A DNA stretch of 64,000 bases, from the NCBI RefSeq assembly GCF_009914755.1, contig NC_060935.1; one strand, 5' to 3'. Below are positions 25,353-38,497 of this stretch, piece by piece. Under the pieces are notes generated by a model. The model was not told the origin of the DNA. It did no database searches and worked only from the letters and a program-made list of their open reading frames with translations. The DNA is from the human T2T-CHM13v2.0 reference genome, Homo sapiens. Numbering within the stretch: the first letter of the stretch is position 1; each line of letters opens with the position of its first letter. The position numbers were made by a program, and so were the translations under genes.

Positions 25353-25807
25353 TATTGAGGCAGGGTCTCACTCTGTCACCCAGGCTGGAGTGCAGTGGTG
25401 TGGTGTGAATACAGCTCACTACAGCTTTGACTTCCCAGGCTCAAGGCATTCTCCCACCTCAGCCTCCCAAGCAGCTGGGAGTATAGCCATGTACCACCAT
25501 GCCTGGCTAATTTTTAAACTTTTTTTTTTTTTTGTAGAGATGGGGTTTCCTTCTGTTGCCCAGGCTGGTCTTGAATACTTGGGCTCAAGTGATACTCTCA
25601 CCTTGGCCCCTCAAAGTGTTGGGATTACAGGTGTGAGCCCCAGCACCTGGGCTATTTACTCTAGATTTGTTAAAAGCTTATATTTGTTTTTCAGATGATT
25701 AGAGGAATAAAGATACAAGTATAGAATCACTGTTGGAGACTGGAGGATCCCTGATAACATACCCATGAACTTTTAGGCTTCTGTGAATTTAAGTATGAGA
25801 AATGTTG
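24756..25807. mobile_element. hAT-Charlie element containing an AluJ
   Basis: Ends CAGTGTTTTTAA.../...TGAGAAATGTTG are degenerate terminal inverted repeats. 8-bp hAT-type TSD CTCTAAGG (24748-24755) / CTCTTGGG (25808-25815). Confidence 0.6.
25316..25652 (-). mobile_element. AluJ with (TTTA)n tail
   Basis: J-type diagnostics (CAGGGTCTCACTCTGTCACCCAGG, GGGCTCAAGTGAT). TSD TATTTACTC (25307-25315, 25653-25661). Confidence 0.93.
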
Positions 25808-27517
25808 CTCTTGGGAAGTCTAGATAAAACAAAACAAAACACCTACTTTCTGCAAAAAATTACCAATTATATCCCTTTCTTTTCAGTTGCTATATATGTT
25901 TGTCAGCCAGAACTTTCTGATGGTAGCTCATGTTTGAAAAAATGATAGTATGCATCCCCCCGTTTTTTTGTTTATAATTTAATGGAAATACTTTTTTATA
26001 ATACAATTTTATAATAATTGGTGTCAAATTTTACCACATTGACTTTAGGCATGTATTAGATGAACCTAATGGCTATTAATAAATGACTTCTTGATGTCAT
26101 GTAATATGCTAATAGCTTTTCTAATGTCAAGCCATTTTGCATTACTGAACAAATGCCTACTTAGTTAGTAGTAGTATACAATTTATTTAACATTTCAGAT
26201 GTACAATTTCTAGAATTTCTAAATTTCTTAAATACTGTTTCCTAGTATTTTACACCAGAACTGGCTTTTATCTTGGAGCTATCTTTCTGATTCTTTCGTG
26301 TTATTGTATTAGGTTTTAGTACCAAGTTTATGCTAACATATAAAATGGGCCAGGAAATGTTTAGCCAGACTTCAGAGGGCTAGTTTAGGTTCAAGAATGA
26401 TAACTCACAATTAGTTTAATGTTACTTCTACTTGGTTTGTTTCATGAACCAGCTAACATGCAGTCTAAAAGGTGTACAGCAGCTGAGGATGTGAGCGAAT
26501 GGACACTGCTCCCCAGCATCTCTAATTCTTCAGAGAAGTGTGCCAAAAACTAGGTAACCAGCGCATCACGTAGAAGGTGAATGCTTCAAGTCAGGGAGGC
26601 CCAGAGCTGAGGTCTTTTGCCTTTACACCCTTATGCTGATGGCAGTTCCACACTGAATTGCCCTATAAGGCATTTCTTGTACAGTTGGGTACTACTTTCT
26701 GTGTTCTGTTTCTGACTCTTTTACCCACCCTAGAGTAGACCCAGTTATGACTTATTAGGAAACATCCATTTTTTTTTCCTTAACTCAGGATACTAATAGA
26801 ATATAGGAGCTATTGGTAGTTTTGAAGTTTGAAACAACTTTCTGGTGAAAAGAGATCTGGAGCTTTTTTTGAAAATAATTGCTAGATGTCTTTTCCCATT
26901 TATTGTACACTTTTTGATCTACTCACGTTTTATACTTCTGGGTCAATCTATGGTCATGTTTCCTAGGAAGTTATCTGTTTCCTCAGAATTTTCATATTCA
27001 TTTAAAAAAGTGAAAGTGTTTTTCATACCTTTGGGTCTTCTGTGAAATCCTCATTTGCATTCCTAATTATGATGATCTGTCTCTTTGCTTCCTTCACTCT
27101 GTTGATGTCTTTGTTCCTTTTACAATCCTCTCTTGGATAATGTAACCATGTTCCCTTGCTTCTCATCCTCCCTCTTACAGGAGAGGAGTTTTTAACCTGC
27201 TGGGTTCCTTTTAATTTTCTGGCACCTGTGACTTAGGCTTGACCTTTTCTTGTTGTAAACAAAGATGATTCTTGCTTTCCGGGGGCTATGCAAACCACAG
27301 GGAGACAGCCATAAGCATGCTTAGCACTGTTTACCAACTACCTTACGATTCTTAGGCTCTCACTTCCCTCCCTTCCCTTCCATGCACATGGAATGTCCAC
27401 GCCTCCGCTGGCTTCTCTCATTTTCCTCTGTTGGCATTGTCCTGTTATGCCATGGCTTCCCTCCATGCTTGCTGCCCTTTATTGTTCCAGCTGGCAAGAC
27501 AGAGCTCAGTGCTGCTG

Positions 27518-27967
27518 AGAGTCTCTAAGATGTGCTTCCCCAGAAAGCACACTCTGACTTGGAGACTAGCATGCAGGAATTTATTGGGGGGTCTTCTCAA
27601 GATCGATATCTGTGAAAAAAATGGAAGAAACAGAGCAGGAAAATAGAGAAGTTGAACTGCCATGCAGTCACAATAAAACCCTCAGCCAGTTCCACAGGAA
27701 GCTCTGATGCTGGTATGGCTCAGCTGAGTTGTCCTGCATTGAAATAAATGGATCACATCAACCTGGCAGACGCTAGTCATTGGATGTACCCCCTAGGAAG
27801 GAGACATAATTCTGGTAATCCTATTCCGACAGAGGCAGCTCTTCTCCACTAAGGGAAATTCCCAGAAAGAGACTCAGCTGAAAGCTGTCAGTTACCCACA
27901 CTTCCAGAATCGGAAGGAATAAATGTTTCAGGCCTTTATAAGGGAGCTAGGCCATAAAGCCCCTGCA
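27518..27967 (-). mobile_element. LTR33 (ERVL) solo LTR
   Basis: Matches recalled LTR33: GCATGCAGGAATTTATTGGGGG...GAGAAGTTGAACTGCCATGCAGT...AGTCATTGGATG...AGGGAAATTCCCAGAAAGAGACTCAGCTGAAAGCTGTCAG. Confidence 0.75.
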
Positions 27968-28316
27968 GTTATTAAAGGAAGCTTTACTGTTACCCTTTTC
28001 AACGTGCTTTTGATTTTGTTTTTGAAACTTCTCCTGAGCAGCCACCCCATTGTAAGAGTTTTCAAATTTTTCTCTCTCCCAAAGAAATTACATCTCTTTT
28101 AGCCAACTTTAGTTGATTTGGCTTCTAGATGATGCCAGAAACTTGTAAGGTCTGTCATTAAGGAACATAGAGCAAATTACCCCCAAGATGAGAACTAGAT
28201 TGCATTTGATTAAATGTGTGGAACTGCACATAAACACCTTCTTTGCTAACCAGGGCCACTGCCATAGGGTGTATCTTTAGAGTCTGCTGCCTCAGAGTGA
28301 GATATTGACTCAATAA

Positions 28317-28568
<252 letters not shown>

Positions 28569-29339
28569 TAATTTGTGGCCTATTGCAGGCCTGAATTCAA
28601 TGCTTTAAAAGTTAAATTGGGAAACATATATATGTTAATTAAGCGTTAGTTTGACAACTGATGCCACAAGCAAACGCAGATGTAGACATCAATCACTGGT
28701 GATGGCTAATGCTGCATCTTAAAAGCTTTCAGAGGCGATGAATAAAAAATATAAGATATAATTATCTGCCTTTGTCAGCAGTATTATTAACTTGGCTTGC
28801 CCCACTCCTTCTTAGCACATGAGATAATATGTATGGTTTTATTTAGCATTGTGATATTAGAGGTATGTGAAGAAACTGAAAAAGGAAAACTTGCAAACCC
28901 ATCCCCGCCCCCCACTTTTTTTTAACAGCTTCAATCTTTCTTCAGTAAACTAATAATTTTAATCAGATTCCTGGAAGTGACAATCTGAATAGAGATTACT
29001 TAAAACTCATAAATTATATAAATGTAATTTTTGAGACAATCTATTTTAAATTGGCTTTTTTTTTTGAAGGAAGTTGATTTAATAAGGTGTCATATGAATG
29101 TTAGATAGCACAGGCTCTGAAATGACTGGAAGAATTAAAATATACAGTGTTATCTGACTCGGAGAAGAGAAATTATTTCTAAATCTTCTATGACACATAA
29201 ATATTCAGACCCATATCCTGGATCAGCCTACAAGGCTTGGTTCAGGGTCAGTAAGAACTACTTCTAAAGATAAATGATTTTTAAAAATGTTTTCTCTGTT
29301 AATGTCTGTCTTCTTCTTTAACTAGGATGAAGAAATACC

Positions 29340-29455
29340 AGGGTCACCTCAGCCTCCTAAACTCTCTGGGACTTAGTTTTCTCATCTGTATAGTAAGGAG
29401 GTTAGACTCTAGGACCACAAAGATTCCACCTGATTCTGATACTCTGTAATTCTGA
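29340..29455 (+). mobile_element. MIR SINE fragment
   Basis: AACTCTCTGGGACTTAGTTTTCTCATCTGTATAGTAAGGAGGTTAGACT...CTGATACTCTGTAATTCT. Confidence 0.6.
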
Positions 29456-29673
29456 GATCTATTCTAGATAGCCAAGTGGCTGTGTCTCTATAGATCTGGG
29501 GTTCAGGAGGCTACTTCTTACAATTCCTCACCACCTTACTGGCTCCCCGAGGTTGTCCTAGCTGCTGAGGTTGATGGCTTTCCAATGGAAACGGATCCCA
29601 GGGTCAGGAGCCTCATATAGACACCTTTCTCACTTCCTGGACTCTGCACCCAATGCTCGAAACCCGGTGGTTG

Positions 29674-30216
29674 TCTACTCAGAGGAAAGAAAGTACTTAT
29701 ACAAAAAAGATACTTGACATACATGTTCATAGCAACCCAATTCACAATTACAAAATATGGAACCAGCCCAAATGCCCCTTAATCAACTAGTAGATAAAGA
29801 AAATGTGGCATACATATACCATGGAATACTACTCAGCCATAAAAAGGAATGAAATAATAGCATTCACAGCAACCTGGATGGAGTTGGAGACCATTATTCT
29901 TAAGTGAAGTAACTCAGGAATGGAAAACCAAACACTATATGTTCTCACTTGTAAATGGGAGCTAAGCTATGAGGACACAAAGGCATAAGAAGTATACAAT
30001 GGACTTTTGGAACTCAGGAGAAATGGTGGGAGGGGGCTCAGGGATAAAAGACTATACATTGGGTACGTGTACACTGCTCGGGTGATATGTGCACCAAAAT
30101 CTCAGAAGCTACCACTAAAGGACTTATTAATGTAACTAAACACCACCTGTTCCCCAAAAACTTGAGAAAAGTAATAAAACCTGAGAAAACTGAGAAAAAT
30201 AATAATAATAATAAAA
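29674..30216 (+). mobile_element. 5'-truncated L1PB (L1PB1-like) 3' end
   Basis: CCATGGAATACTACTCAGCCATAAAAAGGAATGAAAT...TACACTGCTCGGGTGAT..GTGCACCAAAATCTCAGAA...CACCACCTGTTCCCCAAAAAC with an A-rich tail. 15-bp TSD GAAACCCGGTGGTTG (29659-29673) / GAAATCCAGTGGTTG (30217-30231). Confidence 0.92.
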
Positions 30217-30404
30217 GAAATCCAGTGGTTGGATTGTTATTAGCATCCGTGTAACTATGGCCTCCCATCTATGGGACATGACACTTTTCATTTGTAGATT
30301 CCAGGGCTAGGAGTGGTGGGGGATAAGGAAGTGATCTTCACTGCATGTCTAGCACCAGTGCTGCCAAAATAAATACTTGTTTTCTCTCTTCTCCTGGCAC
30401 ATTC

Positions 30405-31630
30405 TTTCATTCATTCAACAAAAATTGAGAACCTACAATGCATCAGGCATGGTTCTAGGGGCCAGGGAGGGGGCTGTAACAGTGACAAAAGACTGAGAAA
30501 AATCCCTGCTTTTGTGGGGATTACATCCTAGCAAGAGTAAATAGAAAATAAACATAATAGATAAGTACATTGTATAGTATGTTAGAAGATGACAAGTGTG
30601 GATGAGAAAAATACAGCAGAGTCAGGGAGACGGGAAATGCTGGTAGTGGGAAGCGTACGATTTTTAGTAGGGTGTTCCTCACTGAGAAGGTAGCCAAAAA
30701 CAGACCTGCATAGAGTGAGTGAGCTATGTAGGTATCTGGAGAAGGGTGTTTCAGGCTGAAGAAATAGCCAGTACAAATGCCACAAGACAAGAATGAACAA
30801 CCAGGAGACCATTATGTCTGGAGTGTGGTGAGATGGGGGAAAGTGGGATGTGAAGTAGAGATTAGGGTAGGCAGGATCTCCAAGGTCTTGTACATCATTG
30901 TAAGACCTTTTGCTTTTGCTTTGGGTGAAGTTGGGACCACAGAAGAGTCTGAACTGAACAGTCACATGATCTCACTTACATTTAAACAGGATCAGTGTGG
31001 CAAGCGGGGAGGCAGGCAGATCACTTAGGAGGCTCCTAGAAAAATCCAAGAAGAGATGATGGTATCTTGGACCACATGGTAGCAACAGAGGTGGTAAGAA
31101 TGGTAACATTCTTCATATATGTTGGGAGTATAGCCAATAATTTATGAATGTAGTGAGTCAATCAATAAACATTTATCGAGTAATCTTCTATATGCCAGCT
31201 ACAGTTCCAGGTATGAAGAAATAGTGAGGAAGGAAATCTCCAGCTGTGCTGTGAAGGAAATAAAGTGGGTTATATTTGGGACTCTGGAGAGTGAGTGGGC
31301 GAGAGGACTGGTGCATTTAGTTTGGTCACTGATGAGGTTGCTGAGGTCTGAGTGAGGAGAAGCCCCCACATCAAACCTTGCAGTAGAGCAATCCACTTCA
31401 GAGGGGATACGGATGCAAAGGCCCCAAGACAGGTACAAGCTTGGCCTGTTTGAAGAAACAAGGAGTCCAGTGTCTGTGGGTGAGTCGAGGGAGTGGGAGG
31501 TGGAGATAAAAGATGAAGTTGGAATGGTAGGCAGGACCAAATCAGGTGGGGAATTTGTAGATAAGGGAAGAGAGTTTGGGTCACTGAGGCTTGTGGCAGA
31601 GACACCAGGCAGCTTGAAGGGAGATAGACA
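30405..31630 (-). mobile_element. two tandem L2 3' fragments (~30405-31150 and ~31155-31630)
   Basis: Antisense L2 tails TTCATTCATTCAACAAAAATTGAG and TCAATCAATAAACATTTATCGAG, each followed by a purine-rich L2 body. Confidence 0.7.
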
Positions 31631-31760
31631 CTCTGTGTTTGATATTAGACCACCCACTGAAGCAGAATGTCAGCTGTCTGGAGCCCATTTGCAGGAGGGC
31701 TCCCGTCCCAACCTGAACAGTGGGTAAAGCTGGAACTGGTCTGTGTTAGGATGACCCATT

Positions 31761-32087
31761 GTTTTTATTATTATACTTTAAGTTCTGGGATACGTGTACA
31801 GAATGTGCAGGTTTGTTACATAGGTATACGTGTGCCATGGTGGTTTGTTGCACCCATCAACCTGTCATCTACATTAGGTATTTCTCCTAATGCTATCCCT
31901 CCCCTAGCCCCCCACCCTGTGACAGGCCCCAGTGTGTGATGTTCCCTTCCCTGTGTCCATGTGTTTTCATTGTTCAACTCCCACTTATAAGTGAGAACAT
32001 GCGGTGTTTGGTTTTCTGTTCTTGTGTTAGTTTGCTGAGAATGATGGTTTCCAGCTTCATCCATGTCTCTGCAAAGGACATGAACTC
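31761..32087 (-). mobile_element. 5'-truncated L1PA7-like 3' end
   Basis: TTATTATACTTTAAGTTCTGGGATAC...ACATTAGGTATTTCTCCTAATGCTATCCCTCCCCTAGCCCCCCACCC. Perfect 13-bp TSD AGGATGACCCATT (31748-31760, 32088-32100). Confidence 0.95.
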
Positions 32088-32639
32088 AGGATGACCCATT
32101 TTGAACTTAATTGCACTCTTACAGCTTTGAGCTTTCTTCAAGAGCCTTGAAGACTTCAGGGCAGGAGCCCTCCTCAGGGAACACAGAGGGATGCACTCAG
32201 TACTGCATCCTCAGTGTTAGCTTAGAAGTAGCAGATGGTGCTAGGAAAACCTTCCTGAGTCCCATACAGTGAAGGGAAAAAACCATCAGCTTTTCTTTCA
32301 GTCTTTTCTGTCACTTTCAAGAGCATCCTGCCACAGTCTCCATCAGTCAAAAACAGATGGAGCTGGAGAAATTGTCAGGCCTGGGAAGGTTTCCCTAAAA
32401 CATAATTGTTTGGCAAAATTGCTTTTCTTTGTATATGTGTCCATGTTTACACTAGATCTCCTTCAGGCTGCAGGGTGCCTTTCTGGAGCGAATGTGTCTC
32501 TCTGATAAACCAGATTCTTGGTCAAAATCAATTTCTGCTTATATGAAATCTAAACAATAAGAATAACAACAGCAATAAAGAACTTAGTTTTTTTCCCCAT
32601 TCACTATTTTGTAGGTTCTTCCTACGTATCTTTCAAAAC

Positions 32640-34290
32640 ATGATTGCTTTCCATGATTTCAGAAGCAATACATTTTCATTACAGAAAAGTTGGAATGTAG
32701 AAAAATCTTAAAAATGAAATAAAACCATCCATAATCCTATTACCTAGAGATAAACCATAGTTAACATTTTGATTTGAACTCTTCCAATTTCTGCCTGTGT
32801 GTTTCCCTCTCTTTTTTTCTCTCTCTCTTACCCTTTCTCTGTAATATAAATATTTTTCTTTTTACAAAGTTAGGATAACAGTGTAGTTACTATTTGCCAA
32901 CATTCTTTTTCAAATAGTAATAATATATTCTTCAACCTTAAATATTGAAACCATAATTTTTAATGATTTCTTGCATTCTATCTTTTATGTACTATAGTTA
33001 TCTAATGTTTAATATTGTTTAAACACAGTGTTGTGATTATCTTGTATATATATTTTTGTGAGTATATTTATTATTTTTCTTACAGTATTTGGAATGGCTA
33101 AAGAAAATGGATTCTATCATTTTAAGGTTCTTCTTAAACCTCAGCTGATAAACCTAATTTGTCCTCAAAAAAGTGTGTAACCATTTATATTCCACAGCAT
33201 AGATAAGTGCTATTAGCCCTACCGGATTGTCTTCACTAATATTATAGTTTTTGACTTTGTTAATTTGGTAGGTAAACAAGCGAGAGCCCATTTTTGTTTT
33301 AACTTACATTATTTTTATTGCTAATATGTTAAACATTTTTGTATGCATATTATGCATTTTATTTCTTCTGTGAATTGCAAATTGATGTCCTTTGCTCATT
33401 TTTCTACTTGTATATTCATCTTAGTCTTTTTTATTTTTATGGCTTAAAAGATGGTCAGTTATTTCCTAAGTTTATAATTTGCCTCTTAATTTTCTTTAAT
33501 GGTGTTCATGAATTGTCAGACATTTTTGATTTATGTCATACCCTTAAAATCTTTATCATCTTGCTTCTTTCCTTGCTTTTATAATTTGAAAGTCAGTCCT
33601 CACTGGTAGACTATTTTTAATTTCTATACAATTTTATAGTTTAATTTTAAAGAATTAATTGTTTAGTTGTGGCTTACCTTGCCTTATGGTGTGAGGTAGG
33701 TGTCTAATGTTATTATTTTTTTCTCAAATAGTTGATCAAATGTACCAGAACTACTTATTAAATAATCCTAATTTTATTGCTAATTTAAAATGTCTTTTAT
33801 TATATGGAAAAAATTATGTATACCTAAGTCAGCATTTTAGTTTTTGTAGCATTATGCTGTGTTTTTATCATCAGGTTATACATATTTTTAGCTCAGCTTA
33901 TTTTCAATTTTAATTTTTCTCTCTTTTTCCTTTAAAAATTGTTTTATTCTTCTTTTTTATTGATTTTTCTAGGTGTTCCTAATAGTTGTATCAAATTTCA
34001 AATATACATTTTAATTGGAATTGCATTAGATTTATAAATAGTTTTGAGAGTGCTAACGCTTTTATGTGAACACAGTATCCCTCTTTTGCAAGTCAACTTC
34101 TATATCCCTTAATAAAATTTTGAAGCTTATTTTCTTTTTATAGACCTTACATAATTCTTTATAAATCTGTTACTGTGTCTTTGAGCATCTGGTTCACTAA
34201 TATGAATAGAAACCTTCTTTCTTCTGTTATCTGTTCTAATTGATTGTTGGTTTTATTTAGGAAAGATATTGACCGACGGTTTTATTTTTT
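32640..34290 (-). mobile_element. ancient L1ME 3' fragment
   Basis: TATTTCTTCTGTGAATTGCAAATTGATGTCCTTTGCTCATTTTTCTA and TAATTGGAATTGCATTAGATTTATAAATAGTTTTGAGAG are antisense L1M motifs. Confidence 0.7.
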
Positions 34291-34624
34291 GACTCATCTC
34301 ATACTGAATGGAGGGAGTACCCAGGAGGGATTGGTTAAACATGGCCAAGGTGGGAGAGGTGGGTCAGGGATGCCTCTCAAGGCAAAACACTGGGTCATGG
34401 ACTGTTCCTTTCATTTTCTATTCCTATACAGTTAAGGACTGTGTTGAACATACCACAGAAGCTCAGTAAAAATCATTTAAAAATGCTTTTTTGGTTATTC
34501 AAATAATCCTTTTTTACTTCTGGTAATAATGAGGATGGGAAAGGAGGGCTAAACAGCAATATTGACTTCCACTCTGTATACTTTGGAGTATTATAATATC
34601 TAGGTCAATGTATTACCAACTGCT

Positions 34625-34860
34625 AACAGTTACTGAGCACTATCAGTGGTCTAGGCTCTGGGCCAGACACTCATCATGGATTAATGCATTTAATCTTCAC
34701 AACATGCTGATGAGGATATCCTCTATTTGAGGATAGAAAAGCTGAAGTGAGAGAGGTCCAGTAATTTGCCCAGATCACAGAGACAGTAGGGATAGAGTCA
34801 GACTGAATGAAGCAGGGCAGCAGTTCAATAGCCCTGGCTCCTAAAGGCTGAGCTACATTG
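34625..34860 (-). mobile_element. MIR SINE
   Basis: CATTTAATCTTCACAACA...GAGGATAGAAAAGCTGAAGTGAGAGAGGTCCAGTAATTTGCCCAGATCACAG. Confidence 0.7.
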
Positions 34861-35599
34861 CTTCTTGGGCATTCCCCTCATGAAAGTCCCTTCCAAGAAT
34901 AATATGACATCGTATTATCCATGGCATTATGATATTGGCAAACAATGATACCTTATTTGCTAACTTTTAGAAGTCAAACTGATTATAGTTGGGATCTCAG
35001 GGTAAAGAGGTACTGTAGCAGAAAGACTTCCCCTCAGAAGTGAGGAGGTTTGGGTCCCTGTTTTACTCTTCATCTAACTCCTTATTAAGTCACCTTCCCT
35101 TTCTGACCTCAGTGTTGTCATCTAAAAAAATGAGGGAGGATTATGTAAATTTCAGGGAACATTTTAGGAACACTAACAAACTGTGGTTGTTATAATACAG
35201 TCTTCTGGAAAATCTACCTTTTAAAGGAACATTCATTTGAGACACATGTTTTCTCGCTGGACAGAAAGCTTATTCTTTTAACAAATCAATTACTTTAGCA
35301 AGCTCTTTTCTCCATTACATTACATTTCATTTTTTATTAAAACTTAAAATAAATGTTCCTGTAAACATAAATGCACATCAAATGAAAACTTCCATATTTG
35401 CCAATTCATAGAAGTACTGAATTTTAGAACATGAAAGTATATTAGAGATTATCTAGCACAGATAAGGAAACTGAAGCTCTGGGATCCTGAATTACTTCCT
35501 GAAATTACACAGGGAGTAAGTGGCAGAAATATGATTGAAAACCATGTTTGGCTTCTAGCTACAGCCTGTATTATGACAGTGATTTCCACTGTAAAAATA

Positions 35600-36500
35600 T
35601 TTGGGTAGCAAAAACAAAAAAAATGAAGAAATTTCTAGGAGAAAAAGGATAAGAAAAGGGGTTTATGAGTTTTAAAGTTTGAAGGCTTGAAAAACAAAAG
35701 ATAACAAACTTGCCATATATATGAGTGAGTGTATCCTTAATATATTAAGAACTTTGTCAAATCAATAAGAAAAAAGGTAAACATGTAAATTTTAAAAATG
35801 GGGCAAAACAAAACACATAAGAAGGCATTTCATAAGACATAAATGGCCCATTGAAAACTGTTAAATTTCTCTGCTAATCAAATATATGCAAACTAAAATG
35901 ATTAGATGCATTTTTCATCTATCAAATAAGACAAGATTAGGTAAAGATCACACCAGCAGGAAAAAGGACACCCTCTCACTTTTCTTTTGGGAAGTGGATG
36001 GGAACTACTTTTTTTACCAGAGAAATTTGTCAGTTTCATCAAGTGTCTTAAAATGTTGCATATCCTCTGAGCCAGCAATTTTACTCTTAGGAATTTATCT
36101 TTAGGAGTGATTATGCTTGTTTGTAAATATATCAATATATTTATCTACCTATTATTTAAAATAGAAAAAGTCTTGAAACAATGTTTAACAACAAGAAACT
36201 GGTCAAATGTATTAGTCTATATCCATACAATTAAAAAGTAGTATTTAAAATAATAATATAGAAAATATGCAATGAAAAGAAATGAATATTTGGTATATTA
36301 TTATGTATACAAAACACAAGCTGCAGATGGGTGTTTAATTAAATTCCTATTTTAAAAAATTATACCAGTACTTAAAAATGTATCCCCAAAATATAAAAAC
36401 TGACTATAGATTATGGATAGTTTTTAAAATTTTGCCTATCTGTGTTTTTTAACTTTTCTATAATGACCATAAATTAGTTTTATGCTAGGAAAAAATTAAT
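35600..36500 (+). mobile_element. ancient L1ME 3' fragment
   Basis: ORF2 C-terminal remnant (MQTKMIRCIFHL; EPAILLLGIY in ORF 35886-36104) followed by an L1ME-type 3'UTR. Confidence 0.7.
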
Positions 36501-38497
36501 ACTAGAATTATTTCCAAACATGCTTACATGGTTTAAAGAAACTGTTATTATTTTTTTCTTATGCTTTCTCCTATAGGCAGAGTTTGTTGATTAAAACCTG
36601 CTATGTCAATTGTTTGCCATCTTTCAGAAGAGGAGGTTGAGTTTCAGCTTGAAATCTAGGCCATAGAAAGTTCCAGAAATATAAAAAATGTCACTGTGTA
36701 CAAGGCTAAGGAGATTTTAATACTCACCAGTGGGCAGAGCTCTCATAATATATAACTGATAGACTGATGGGTAGAAAGACAATTGTATGGGTATGGGACC
36801 ATGGAAGGCATATGAAACAAATCTGTACAAATTTGGTTTCTGGTTTAGGCATACAGATTCATAAGTTCATTACAATTTTTTAAAATTAGAATACATTTTG
36901 AATTACTTTGCCTAAAAATGTATTGTCTTTATATCCTCCTTCAATTATAATAAAATAGTTTGAGTCTGACAGTCATCTTTTGAAATGAAAACATGATTTA
37001 ATGAAATGACATATTCCAAGCTCTAAGTGAAGCAAATGTTTGGTTTAGCTTGTTTAAATTAAATCGTTGTTCTCCTTTGCTGTTATTAGTAAGCACACTT
37101 AATGTCATTTCTTGTTTCACACTGTGCATTTAGATGTATTATGGAAATGGGGTGGGAGACTTTGTAGCATTTTATCTTGCTTGCAGAGTGACACTTAAGC
37201 CCCTGATTGGCAAAACTCTAATGGTGATGATATTTGTGTTTATCCCCTACTAGTAAAGAAGGGTGATCTTCTAGATCTAACATGAACTTTTTCTTTCTCC
37301 ACAGTGCCAAGTGCATTTTCTGTGGGTTTTGGGGGAGATATAATTAACTGACATGTAGTGATGTATTATTTATATAAACAGGGCTTTAGCACTCTAGAAT
37401 ATCTTATGGAAATGTGACATCTAATTTTGATGAGGGCACTTGGTCTTGCATTGAGTGTCAGAGGGACTAGCTTAGCTGTGGGACTTCCCACAGATTTATA
37501 GAACCTAATTTCTTTCATCTTTTTATTGTTATCTTTTTGGTTTTGTGTCAAGTTCCAGGATGAGATTCATGATTTCTGTGCAAGTGGAAAATAAAATTGC
37601 ATTGAATATGGACTCAGAGCCACCTTTGGTGGCCAATCATCATTTTTTTCTGATCTTCTCTGTTTGAGTACCATTGGCCTTTACATTCTCAACACTTAAT
37701 AATATACTGGGCACAGGATGAATTGTGAAATCCTGCTTATCCTTCAGGGCTCAGCACAAATGGTACCCTTCTTTATGGTAGAACAGAGGTTTACATATGT
37801 TTCACCTTTTTTATGGCAGTTGCATTTTCTTAACTCTCCATCTCTACATCTACACTTTGAGTTTCCAAGCTTCCTGAGGGCACAGAACAAGTTTTGTTTT
37901 GTTTTTTTTTTTTCAAATTTGTATCTGCAGATAAAAAATGTACCTAACTCATAGTCAGTACTCAGTGAACATTTGCTGCCTTTGCTGACCGGAACCTTGG
38001 GATTTTTCCAGCTGCTTTTCATACTTCATTCTGAATCCATTCTAAGAAAGCCTTTCTTAAATGTAGCCTTCACCCTTACTCCCCAAGAAGAATCTTTGCT
38101 CTTCTCTTGGATTTTAGTCCTGATGATACCAAAAGGCATCCCAATAAGAAAGTATTAATTACCCTGGTATAATATTTTATTTCACCAAGCCATAGAAAAA
38201 TTGGTATTTTACCAATTTGGAGAAATTAAGAGCTTTTTACTTTCGGATATACACCAGGGTCTGAAAGTGATTAACGTAATATGACTTAATTCCCCTACTC
38301 TGTAGGACAGTAGTCATCTCTTCTATGCCCTATAGGACCCCAGGAATAACAGAGCATGGGGATGAATAAACAGGTTTGCCTTTCGCTACTGCATCTTCCT
38401 TTGCTGCTACTGGAATTAAGTAGAATAGGCTTTTGCTGAGTCAGAGGTTGGAGCTATGTCCTTAAATTAAAAAAATCAGTTCATCTTATGACATCTT

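Larger units (their letters stand above)
24400..27080 (-). mobile_element. ancient L1ME ORF2 fragment, interrupted twice
   Basis: Antisense L1M motifs GATGCTATTGATTTCTGTATATTTACTTTATATCTG and TAGGTTTTAGTACCAAGTTTATGCTAACATATAAAATG. Interrupted at 24756-25807 and 26361-26756. Confidence 0.6.

Noticed and set aside
31199-31727. Overlapping 100-150 aa ORFs on both strands
   Set aside because: They lie in purine-rich L2 remnants where stop codons are scarce on one strand, and no protein is recognisable.
37222-37290. GTGATGA as a possible C/D snoRNA C box
   Set aside because: There is no suitably placed CTGA D box with a terminal stem, and no rRNA-complementary guide is recognisable.
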